Assembly (NCBI GenBank): GCA_001803875.1
Contig: MHEO01000039.1
Span: forward strand, 1 to 33,819
Direction of reading: 5' to 3'
Source: Nitrospirae bacterium RIFCSPHIGHO2_01_FULL_66_17
GTDB taxonomy: Bacteria > Nitrospirota > Nitrospiria > 2-01-FULL-66-17
DNA length: 33,819 nucleotides
The stretch's first letter is position 1; each line of letters opens with the position of its first letter. Made by a program: the position numbers and the translations under genes. Shown here piece by piece: positions 19,792 to 27,901 of this stretch. Under the pieces are notes generated by a model, which ran no database searches, was not told the origin of the DNA, and saw nothing but the letters and a program-made list of their open reading frames with translations.

Positions 19792-21321
19792 TCACCCCAG
19801 ACTTCGGCGGATCTTGGCGGCATCGAGAATGTACTCCCCGAACTCCCTCCCTTCGCGCCAGAGGAGGTACGCGCTCGACACGAGGTTGCGGTGGAGGTAG
19901 TGCTCGGATCGACGAGGCCCCAGCTCTTCGCCGAAATGCACTTCAAGCAGCTTGACGTCGTCCTGAACGGTCGCCCACGCCGTGTCCTGCTTGGCCAGAA
20001 AATTGAGGTTTTCCTTGTTGAGGTACTGTCCCGCCTCGATGAGATCGGCCCGAAAATTCACGTAGATGGACTCCAGGTCGTCGAGCAGTCCCCGCTTTTT
20101 TGCCGCTCGCAACCCGCGTCCCGCCCCGATCAGCTCCGGGGGAACGCCGATCGAGTACAGCGCGGCCGTGAAGCCGATCGCGCGGGGCAACCGAACGCCC
20201 CCTTCGCCGCGCGCGTAGCCGAACAGGCCGAAGTGCAGCATCCGCTCGCGCCGCTGAGGGATGAACCGCGACAGGTCGTTGATCCGATCCGCCAGCGCCT
20301 CCACGGTGACCTTGTATTCGGCCGAGAAGAGCGCGTTGATCTGGCCGCCGCGTCTCACCTGGTCAGCGGTGTACAGCGGGGCGCGATGCTTTCCGAGCGC
20401 GCGATTGAGCACGCCGATCGCGCGCGTCACCTCGCTCAGGGGATAGTCGTACCGGAACGCCGACTGAATCGTCACGGTGCGGACCCCTGGATACTCACGG
20501 AGAAACGCATCCACCCGTCGCGGCGAGAGCCCCCCGCGGAAGGGAAGACAGCCGACACCGATGATGGGAAACACTGGAATCCCGGTTTCGTCCTCGAAGC
20601 GGTAGTACTCCGAGAGCGCAATCTTGGCCGCGATCGTGGCGGGAACGAGACCGTCGTTGAGCGAGGGGGCGGAGCGGGCCACGAACGGCCTCAAATAATC
20701 CGGCGCCGCCCCGTACTCCCGCCGGTGGAGATCCAGATACTCCATCAGGATTTTACGCGATGCGGTGAGGTGGGAGACGCCCTCGATGAGGGGGATCACC
20801 CTCAAATACGTGAACCGCTTTTCCTTGTCGCCGAACGCCTGGTGCTTGAGTGCGGCCACCTGGGAAAACGTCTTCTGAAGGTGGAGTAATTTTTTGGCAT
20901 CGTCGGTCATCGGAAGGATGACCTCGAACACCGGAGGATGCTTAAATCCCAGATCGTGCGCGAGATCTTCGAACGTCAGGATCCCGATGTACGCGCGCGC
21001 CAGGCGGTAGCCCTTTTCCTCCCAGATGTTCGGGAGCCGGAACGTGAGGAACACGTCCCCGCCCAGCGTCTTCTTCTTAAAGAAGTCGTAGTACTTGGAG
21101 AAAAGTTTGTCGACGACCGCCTCGTCGACGTATTTGCCTTCCCAGTCCCACATGTACTCCTGGCATTTGAGATCCCGAAACGCCGAGACGCACTCCTCCA
21201 CCTCCTCCTGCGCCGAAATGAAGGCGTCGCCATTCTTTTTCCACGGGGGGACGCCGGCGTGATCGGGGTGCTGGGTAGCCATCGTCGCCGGAATTTTGCG
21301 GGGTGGCGAACGGCGTGGAAT
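19792..21321 (-). CDS. ppcA: Archaeal-type phosphoenolpyruvate carboxylase (probable ATT start at 21321; first ATG at 21282)
   Basis: KIPATMATQHPD, EYMWDWEGK, TFRLPN, FEVILPMT, IPLIE, LPFRGGL, TIQSAFRYD, GLFGYAR, LPRAIGF and GVPPELIG motifs. Confidence 0.9.
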   Translation of the reverse strand: MPRRSPPRKIPATMATQHPDHAGVPPWKKNGDAFISAQEEVEECVSAFRDLKCQEYMWDWEGKYVDEAVVDKLFSKYYDFFKKKTLGGDVFLTFRLPNIWEEKGYRLARAYIGILTFEDLAHDLGFKHPPVFEVILPMTDDAKKLLHLQKTFSQVAALKHQAFGDKEKRFTYLRVIPLIEGVSHLTASRKILMEYLDLHRREYGAAPDYLRPFVARSAPSLNDGLVPATIAAKIALSEYYRFEDETGIPVFPIIGVGCLPFRGGLSPRRVDAFLREYPGVRTVTIQSAFRYDYPLSEVTRAIGVLNRALGKHRAPLYTADQVRRGGQINALFSAEYKVTVEALADRINDLSRFIPQRRERMLHFGLFGYARGEGGVRLPRAIGFTAALYSIGVPPELIGAGRGLRAAKKRGLLDDLESIYVNFRADLIEAGQYLNKENLNFLAKQDTAWATVQDDVKLLEVHFGEELGPRRSEHYLHRNLVSSAYLLWREGREFGEYILDAAKIRRSLG

Positions 21322-21469
21322 GGGAGATCTCCTGACTCAGGGGCAGCGCGGTTCCGATCAGTCGGTACCGCGCCAGACTACCAGAATCCTTGAACAATCT
21401 CAAACACGACCGGCCTCCATGGGTTGCTCGCCGCGGAGTGCGGTTGGGGTGAGGGGGCGACGATGGATG

Positions 21470-21627
21470 CTAGGAACCTGTCCATGAATGGTCATCTGCG
21501 GCGTTGCCGCTGCGCATCCGCTCCTCACGTACCCACCGCGTACGCTCCGGTGCGGTGCTCACGGCGCCTGGCATCTGACGCATTCCTGAACAGACTCCAA
21601 CGATCGAATACTCGGACAGGTTCCTAG
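21470..21627. mobile_element. MITE-like structured repeat, copy 1
   Basis: Perfect 14-bp terminal inverted repeat CTAGGAACCTGTCC/GGACAGGTTCCTAG; homologous to 27902-28061 in inverted orientation. Confidence 0.8.
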
Positions 21628-21869
21628 GGGTGGTCGGATCGGACGTCGCGGCTCCGAACGCTCGCGACGCGCACGCGCACCGACGGCGGCGCGGGGCTTG
21701 GCGTCAGATGCTTTCTCAGGAGATCGAGGAATTCCTTTTCGGCGAGGAAGATCTCGCGGCACGATGGACAGGCGGTTAAATGCGTCTGGGTCCGCATCGA
21801 ATCCTTCGCGTCCAGCTCCCCGTCTAGATGGGGATGCATCACCTTCCTGATCGCGGAGCAATCGTCCAT
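21624..21869 (-). CDS. Zinc-binding anti-sigma factor (zf-HC2/ZAS, RsrA-like)
   Basis: N-terminal Cys, LDGEL, HLTACPSC (HxxxCxxC); no TM helix; follows an ECF sigma gene. Confidence 0.85.
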   Translation of the reverse strand: MDDCSAIRKVMHPHLDGELDAKDSMRTQTHLTACPSCREIFLAEKEFLDLLRKHLTPSPAPPSVRVRVASVRSRDVRSDHP

Positions 21870-21965
21870 CGGGATCCGGTGCACAGGGTGACAGAATGCG
21901 GTGGGACGATCCCCGTTAACGGACGTCGATCATCATCCCGCTGCGACGAGGGGAACGCCCGCCGC

Positions 21966-22589
21966 TCAGGCCACGGCGTGCTCGGCGTGATGGAGGCGGG
22001 TCTGGCGGGAGGCACCAGCCCAGTAGTCCTTGAGCAATTTCTTCAGAAGATTGCGGCCGCGAGACAACCGCGACATGACCGTGCCGAGCGGACAGCTCAT
22101 GATCTCCGCGATCTCTTTGTAGTCAAATCCTTCGACGTCCTTGAGCAGCACGGCGAGGCGCAGTTTTTCCGGCAGCGCATCCATCGCGCGCTGGAAATCC
22201 TGGCGGAAGACCCCCTTCTCGTGCCGGCCACTCGCCGCCACCAACACATCCTTGGGCGACTCGTACGGATCATCTTCCACCACCTCGAGCTCGGTCAGCG
22301 ACACCTCGCGCGCACGCTGGTGATACCGATTGATGAACAGGTTCTTGGTGATGGTGAACAGCCAGGCTTTGTAATTGGTGATCTGCTCGTACCGGTGGTA
22401 AAACCGGTAGGCTCGCAGGTACGCGTCCTGAACCAAATCGTGCGCATCGTCGCTGTTGCCGGTCAACACGAGGGAAAAACCGTACAGCGAGTCAAGGTAC
22501 TTCAGCGTGATCTCTTCAAACTCGGCTTTTCTGGCTTCTTCCGGTCTCACCAACGTCAGCAGGGCACCGCTTTCCATTGTTTGCTCCAT
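21966..22589 (-). CDS. ECF sigma-70 factor (SigR/SigH-like)
   Basis: DAHDLVQDAYLRAY, TNYKAWLFTI, NLFINRY; region 4 DVEGFDYKEIAEIMSCPLGTVMSRLSRGR. Confidence 0.9.
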   Translation of the reverse strand: MEQTMESGALLTLVRPEEARKAEFEEITLKYLDSLYGFSLVLTGNSDDAHDLVQDAYLRAYRFYHRYEQITNYKAWLFTITKNLFINRYHQRAREVSLTELEVVEDDPYESPKDVLVAASGRHEKGVFRQDFQRAMDALPEKLRLAVLLKDVEGFDYKEIAEIMSCPLGTVMSRLSRGRNLLKKLLKDYWAGASRQTRLHHAEHAVA

Positions 22590-22885
22590 CCGAGGTTGCT
22601 TTCCGGTCCGACCCAAACCACGGGCTGGGAAGTGCACGTACGGTGCCAATAGGTTCCGGTGGGAATTTACCGCGGGAACACGGGGATGGATCTAACGCAG
22701 GGGGAAAAAGTGAGACTCAACTTCCCTTATTCAGACCAAATCTTCATCACTTGAGACGGCCGCGACTGACCGTTATTGATGGAATTGCCCCCTTTCCCTC
22801 TTGAGCGACGAAAGAGTGGCTTGTGGCATTTCTTTCTCGCCAATGGCACCAACGCTATTGAAACTTAAGAAGAAACTTCGCTTGT

Positions 22886-22915
22886 GGACGAACCGGCCAC
22901 CTGGCCGGTTCGTCC
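22886..22915. terminator. Hairpin after nrdJ (possible terminator)
   Basis: 13-bp stem GGACGAACCGGCC-ACCT-GGCCGGTTCGTCC about 35 nt past the nrdJ stop; no immediate U tract. Confidence 0.5.
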
Positions 22916-22948
22916 CCCTAGTCATCTGTGCCCCGGTGGATAAGGTTC

Positions 22949-25294
22949 TTAGCTACAGCGCGAGTACCCACACACGCCGCACTTTTCGCACCCTTCCTCG
23001 AATTTCAGCTCGCACCCGCAGTCCGGACACGGGAATGTCACCTTGCCGGTCCGATGATCCAGCAGCATGGCGAATGGCTTCGCCTGGGGATCCACCGCCG
23101 GGGCCTTGGAAGCAAGGTTTTCGGCGAGGCTTTTGGCGATCGCGTCGGAGCAGGACAGGACGCGGTCGGGGCCGAGGCCGTAGGGCTTATCGCAACGGAT
23201 CCCGATAAGCTGCTTGACGATCGCCTGGGGATCGGCGCCGGCGCGGAGCGCGAGCGAAATTAAGCGGCCGATCGCCTCGTTGAAGGAGCCCTCGCACCCC
23301 CCGGATTTGCCCATCATGTTGAAGACCTCGAACGCGCGGCCGGCCTCGTCTTGGTTGACCGTGACGTAGAGATCGCCGCACGAGGTCTTGGTCCGGCTCG
23401 TGCTGCCCGTGGTCGTTCGCGGCCGCGGCTTCGGCATGATCAGTTGCGTCGTCGGCGCGGGGGGTGGTGCCGAGACCGGCTCCGGCTGAACCGGGGCCGC
23501 CTGCGCCACCTTCGACGACTGGCCGACGTTTAAGACCTGTTCTTCCCGGCTGGCGTCGCGGTACACCGTGATGCCCTTGCACCCCAGGTTGTACGCCATC
23601 AGGTAGGCCTTCTTCACGTCCTCGACCGTCGCGTTGGCCGGCATGTTGATCGTCTTCGACACCGCGCTGTCGGTATGCGCCTGAAAGGCCGCCTGCATCT
23701 TGACGTGCCACTCCGGCGCGATGTCGTGGGAGGTCGCGAACACCCGCTGCCAGTGCGCGGGAACGCAGGCCAGTCCGCGCGCGGAGCCGTGGTTGTCCAG
23801 GATCTGCTGGATGAGATCCTCCCGCCAGAACCCTTCGCGCTTGGCCACCTGGATAAAGTCGTCCAGGACGTAGGGGAGGTGCTCGCCGTCCATCACGTTC
23901 TTGTACCAGATGAGCGAGAACTCGGGTTCACAGCCGCCCGAGGTGTCGGCGATCATCGAGATCGTGCCGGTCGGCGCGACCGTGGTCACGTAGGAATTGC
24001 GCAGCCGGTGGCCTTGTTGCTGGTGCAGCGAACCTTCCCAGTACGCGTAGGGTCCGCGCGCGTCGGCCAGTCGCTTGGACTCGTCGTAGCCGACATCGCG
24101 GAAGAACTTCATCACCCGGCGCCCCATCTCGACGCCCTCCTCCGAGTCATACGGGATACCCAGCTTGAACAGCAGCCGCGCGAAGCCCATGATGCCGAGG
24201 CCGATTTTCCGGTTGGCCTTGGTCACTGCCTCGATCTGGGGAATCGGGTAATTGTTCATGTCGATGACGTCGTCGAGAAAGCGGACGCCGGTCCGGACAC
24301 TCGACTCCAACCTCGCCCAATCGACCTCATACCGCCCGTCGCGCTCGATGACGTGGCGCTCGACGTTGATGCTGCCGAGATTGCACGACTCGTACGGGAG
24401 CAACGGTTGCTCGCCGCACGGATTGGTCGCCTCCATCGCCGCGATGTGGGGGGTCGGGTTCGCGCGGTTGGTCACGTCGATGAAAAAGAGACCGGGTTCG
24501 CCGTTGCGCCACGCCGCCTGGGCGATCGTGTCGAACACCTCGCGGGCGGGCAGGCGCCGGACGACCTCGCCCCGGCGCGGGCTGACCAGATCGTACTCCT
24601 CGCCCCGCTCCACCGCCTCCATGAATCGATCGGTGATCGCGACGCTGATGTTGAAATTCGTGATCTCCTTCGTGTCGGTCTTGCAGGTGATGAATTCCAG
24701 GACGTCGGGGTGATCCACCCGCAGGATGCCCATGTTCGCGCCCCGCCGCGTTCCGCCCTGCTTGACCGCCTCGGTCGCGTGGTTGAACACCTTCATGAAC
24801 GAGACCGGCCCCGACGCGACGCCGCCGGTGGTCCGCACGACGTCGTCCTTCGGCCGAAGCCGGGAAAACGAGAACCCCGTGCCGCCGCCGGTCTTGTGGA
24901 TGATCGCGGCCTGCTTGACCGTCTCGAAGATCTCTTCCATCGAATCGCCGACGGGCAGCACGAAGCACGCGGACAACTGCTGCAACTCGCGTCCCGCGTT
25001 CATCAAGGTGGGGGAGTTGGGCAGAAAGTCCGTCTCGGCCATGAACGCATAAAACGCCTCGGCGGCCCGCTCCACGTCCGCCTCGGTGCCGTAAAGCCGC
25101 TCGGCTTGGGCAATGTTGCGCGCCACGCGCTCGAACAGTTCCTGCGGGGTTTCGGTCACCTGGCCGCGCTCGTCCTTGGCCAGATACCGTTTCTTGAGAA
25201 CCCGCAGGGCGTTAGGTGAGAGCCGCGGGGCCTGGCGTGCGGAACCATTCCGGATCGGCTCACCCGTCACCGCCGTCTGGGCGCCTTCGTTCAT
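22949..25294 (-). CDS. nrdJ: Adenosylcobalamin-dependent (class II) ribonucleotide reductase
   Basis: FLPNSPTLMNAG, QLSACFV, QGGTRRGANM, ATNPCGEQPL, TVAPTGTIS, GITVYRD; C-terminal TSCPD-like domain and CPDC...CGVCGYSRC; SD AAGGAGG. Confidence 0.96.
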   Translation of the reverse strand: MNEGAQTAVTGEPIRNGSARQAPRLSPNALRVLKKRYLAKDERGQVTETPQELFERVARNIAQAERLYGTEADVERAAEAFYAFMAETDFLPNSPTLMNAGRELQQLSACFVLPVGDSMEEIFETVKQAAIIHKTGGGTGFSFSRLRPKDDVVRTTGGVASGPVSFMKVFNHATEAVKQGGTRRGANMGILRVDHPDVLEFITCKTDTKEITNFNISVAITDRFMEAVERGEEYDLVSPRRGEVVRRLPAREVFDTIAQAAWRNGEPGLFFIDVTNRANPTPHIAAMEATNPCGEQPLLPYESCNLGSINVERHVIERDGRYEVDWARLESSVRTGVRFLDDVIDMNNYPIPQIEAVTKANRKIGLGIMGFARLLFKLGIPYDSEEGVEMGRRVMKFFRDVGYDESKRLADARGPYAYWEGSLHQQQGHRLRNSYVTTVAPTGTISMIADTSGGCEPEFSLIWYKNVMDGEHLPYVLDDFIQVAKREGFWREDLIQQILDNHGSARGLACVPAHWQRVFATSHDIAPEWHVKMQAAFQAHTDSAVSKTINMPANATVEDVKKAYLMAYNLGCKGITVYRDASREEQVLNVGQSSKVAQAAPVQPEPVSAPPPAPTTQLIMPKPRPRTTTGSTSRTKTSCGDLYVTVNQDEAGRAFEVFNMMGKSGGCEGSFNEAIGRLISLALRAGADPQAIVKQLIGIRCDKPYGLGPDRVLSCSDAIAKSLAENLASKAPAVDPQAKPFAMLLDHRTGKVTFPCPDCGCELKFEEGCEKCGVCGYSRCS

Positions 25295-25437
25295 ACGAAA
25301 CCCTCCTTGGTGTGGACTTGCTTTATGATTGAAGCGATAAGGTCGGATGACGCATCGATCACGTTCGGGAAAATTTTTCACACCGTGTGAGGTGCTGGAT
25401 TATCTCTCCTCGAGAATCGAGATATCGAGAGCGCCGC

Positions 25438-25467
25438 ATCCTACGCTCGTCACAATGTCCCTGTCAA
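25438..25467 (-). promoter_or_regulatory. Probable nrdJ promoter
   Basis: TTGACA-N18-TAGGAT immediately downstream of the NrdR boxes. Confidence 0.55.
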
Positions 25468-25474
25468 GGGAAAA

Positions 25475-25522
25475 GCACAAGATACGGGGCCATGCAAGTC
25501 ATAAACCAACTAGATGTTGTGG
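25475..25522. promoter_or_regulatory. Tandem NrdR boxes
   Basis: GCACAAGATACGGGGC (25475-25490) and CAACTAGATGTTGTGG (25507-25522) resemble acaCwAtATaTwGtgt, are 32 bp apart, and lie upstream of an RNR gene. Confidence 0.8.
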
Positions 25523-25585
25523 ATATACCTGTGAGTCGGAGGGGATCACATGTGGATCGGCTGTGGACAGCGCGGTTTCAGCGGC

Positions 25586-27382
25586 TCAGGGAAGCGGCGC
25601 CTCCAGAGTCACGAGCAGGCCGTATGAACCCATCGTGCCGGCTCCGGCTGACGGGCCCTTGAGGGACGCGGTGACCCTGGCGTAATAGGGGCCGGGCTGG
25701 GCGTCGAACACGACCGTGGAGGCCAATCGCTCCCCGTTGTTCACTCCCATATCGCGATAGAACGCAGGCAAGGGGACGGCCCGGTTGCACACCCCGAGCT
25801 GGACCGTTTTAGGAATCGCCGCGTCATCGTTCTCCACCTTCACGGTACTCACCACCACGACTGCCCCGGTCGCATTCACTATTTGCAGAAACGTGTCGGC
25901 CCCGTTGCTCAGGTTGAACGTCTCGACCTTCACGGATCGAGGCACATCAACGGTGAACTTCACGTAATCCACATCCCCAGCCGGGTAGAGCGTGTGGCAA
26001 GTCGGAGCCAGGCCGGCGTCCGGAGCGCTCACCATCACATCGTCGGGGCGGCTCTCGTACGCATCCGGCACGAACTCGATTTTCCGCAGCGTCGCCGTGG
26101 TCGCGAAATTCGAAAAGCTCGTCGGACCGAAGAGGTCCTTGAAATAGCCCGCGAAACTTTCCAGCGTGCCCGTCGGCGGTGGCACCGTTCTGAATCGGCT
26201 CATGATCTGCCACACGCGCTGGAGACCTTCCGCGGAGACGTCCCCGCCCTCTCCGTAGCCGTCGAGCAAATCCCAGAGCACTGCCGCCACCGCGATCTCG
26301 CTGGTCGTGTAGGTACCGTAGTCCTCGAGCGGGGTCCCGATGCCGGTGAGCACGGCGGAGTAGGGCTTCTCGATATCGAACGCGTAGCTGAGGCCGCGAT
26401 TCGGACTCCCCGGATCGCCCGCGTAGGTGTTCACCATCACCGGGCTCTCGCGGATCGCAGCCGACAAGAATGTCGCCCACCCCTCGGACCACGCGAGTCG
26501 GATGTCCTGGCTGTTGTCGTTCAGATAGTGCGCGCCGCCGATTTCGGCGGGCTTTGAAAAGCTGTAGGCCATGAAGTGCCCGAACTCGTGGAGGATCACG
26601 TCGTCGTCGTACTCGTCATGATCCCCGTTGTCCGGACCTCCGCCGTCCCCCCCCGAGAGCACGATGAATGCGTCGCCAGTCTGCTCATCGCCGCCAAAAT
26701 ACGTCCCGAAGGTCCCATCCCCGAAGAATGTCCCCGGCCGCCACACGCCATACAATTGTTCGGCGGGCGCCTGCCCGGTCAATGCGACGGCTTTCTCGGC
26801 CCCGGTGGTCAGCACGTCCATGATGTTGAAGGCGCCGGAAAACGGATACGCCACCCCGCCGGAAAGCTGCACCATGAGCGGCAGCGGAAAATCCCGCTTA
26901 TTAACTCCCGGCTTGGACGCGTCGAACGGGTCGCCCGGCCGGCTGTAGAGCTCGACGTTGTCGCTGGTCACGACGATCTTGAACTTCTGGGGATCGGTCC
27001 TCGAGGCGACCCGTGGATAGACGGTGGAAAAGCTCGTCAGCGTGGGGATGTCGGTGCAGTAGGACCCGTTCTTGTCGGTAAACGTGGTCGCGACCACGCT
27101 GCCGTCGACCTCGCGGACGATCTCGACCGCACCGTAGCGAACCGGCTTGATGATCCGTTCGCCGGTCAACCCCTGCGGGCTGTATAAGCGCTTGACGAAG
27201 GTGACCTTCCCGCCGACCACCACGCCCTGCCCCCGGCAGATGAGGTCGCCGATCGGCGTGCCGCCGCCTCCGGAGCCGCACCCCATGAGGCCCGCGAGGC
27301 CGGCGATCGCCGCCGCGCGCGCCAGCCGACGCCGGCGACACGGCAGGTCACGGCTCGTCGCGATATTCGATAACCGATTCAC
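25586..27382 (-). CDS. Lipoprotein zinc metallopeptidase (HExxH) with C-terminal PPC-like beta domain; start uncertain
   Basis: Lipobox LAGLMG-C then GSGGGG; DHDEYDDDVILHEFGH and AWSEGWA (third ligand Glu); C-terminal GDVDYVKF...ADTFLQ...ENDD. Confidence 0.75.
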   Translation of the reverse strand: MNRLSNIATSRDLPCRRRRLARAAAIAGLAGLMGCGSGGGGTPIGDLICRGQGVVVGGKVTFVKRLYSPQGLTGERIIKPVRYGAVEIVREVDGSVVATTFTDKNGSYCTDIPTLTSFSTVYPRVASRTDPQKFKIVVTSDNVELYSRPGDPFDASKPGVNKRDFPLPLMVQLSGGVAYPFSGAFNIMDVLTTGAEKAVALTGQAPAEQLYGVWRPGTFFGDGTFGTYFGGDEQTGDAFIVLSGGDGGGPDNGDHDEYDDDVILHEFGHFMAYSFSKPAEIGGAHYLNDNSQDIRLAWSEGWATFLSAAIRESPVMVNTYAGDPGSPNRGLSYAFDIEKPYSAVLTGIGTPLEDYGTYTTSEIAVAAVLWDLLDGYGEGGDVSAEGLQRVWQIMSRFRTVPPPTGTLESFAGYFKDLFGPTSFSNFATTATLRKIEFVPDAYESRPDDVMVSAPDAGLAPTCHTLYPAGDVDYVKFTVDVPRSVKVETFNLSNGADTFLQIVNATGAVVVVSTVKVENDDAAIPKTVQLGVCNRAVPLPAFYRDMGVNNGERLASTVVFDAQPGPYYARVTASLKGPSAGAGTMGSYGLLVTLEAPLP

Positions 27383-27851
27383 CCGTCTTGGTTTTCTTGG
27401 GGGGGGGAAGGTTGAGTTTGTGCTTGGACGGGTCACCCAGCGGGAGCATGAGCGACCGGGCGTCGCCGAGCGTGGTCCCGTCGGCGAATTTCAGCATCGC
27501 GGCGCCCTGGATGACCGCCGGCGCGGCCTTCCGCGGCCGGATCGTCACCATCAATGTTCGAACATCGCCCGCCCGCGCCGCCCCCTCCCAGGTCGTCGTC
27601 CCCGACACGAGATCCACGCCGTCCGGGAGAGTGATCGACAGCGACAGGCTCGGCGCGTCCACCAGGGGCCTCGCGCGGAGGGTCACGGTCACGTCCGCGT
27701 CCACCGCGACCGGCCCGCCGAAATCGAGCGACACGTCGAGTGGGGCGGCCGGCATCGTCGCCAAGCCGGGTCGGGGACACGAGAGAAACACAAGAACCAG
27801 CGCCGCCATCAAGGGCGCGCGGCTCCGCCCAAAGACCACGTTCATATTCAT
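27348..27851 (-). CDS. Secreted hypothetical protein, predicted beta-sandwich
   Basis: SD GGAGGAG; N-terminal hydrophobic signal; beta-rich ITLPDGVDLVSG...W segment; overlaps the peptidase gene start. Confidence 0.7.
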   Translation of the reverse strand: MNMNVVFGRSRAPLMAALVLVFLSCPRPGLATMPAAPLDVSLDFGGPVAVDADVTVTLRARPLVDAPSLSLSITLPDGVDLVSGTTTWEGAARAGDVRTLMVTIRPRKAAPAVIQGAAMLKFADGTTLGDARSLMLPLGDPSKHKLNLPPPKKTKTGESVIEYRDEP

Positions 27852-27901
27852 CTAGACTCCTCCGTGTGGGGGTTTATTCTGAACCGAACCGGGGGGAACG
27901 G

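Noticed and set aside
21559-21861. 100-aa alternative-frame ORF over the anti-sigma gene and MITE
   Set aside because: It overlaps the ZAS gene in another frame and has no motifs.
22630-22657. GGAACC-N16-GCACTT as an autoregulatory ECF promoter
   Set aside because: The -35 looks ECF-like, but the -10 does not match the GTT core expected for SigR-like factors; single unsupported instance.
25295-25437. Cobalamin riboswitch in the nrdJ leader
   Set aside because: No recognisable B12-box or other conserved riboswitch motifs; NrdR boxes account for the regulation.
27166-27351. GTGA-coupled 61-aa ORF suggesting a frameshift into the peptidase
   Set aside because: An in-frame GTG at 27382 already gives a complete lipoprotein signal, and no slippery site was seen.
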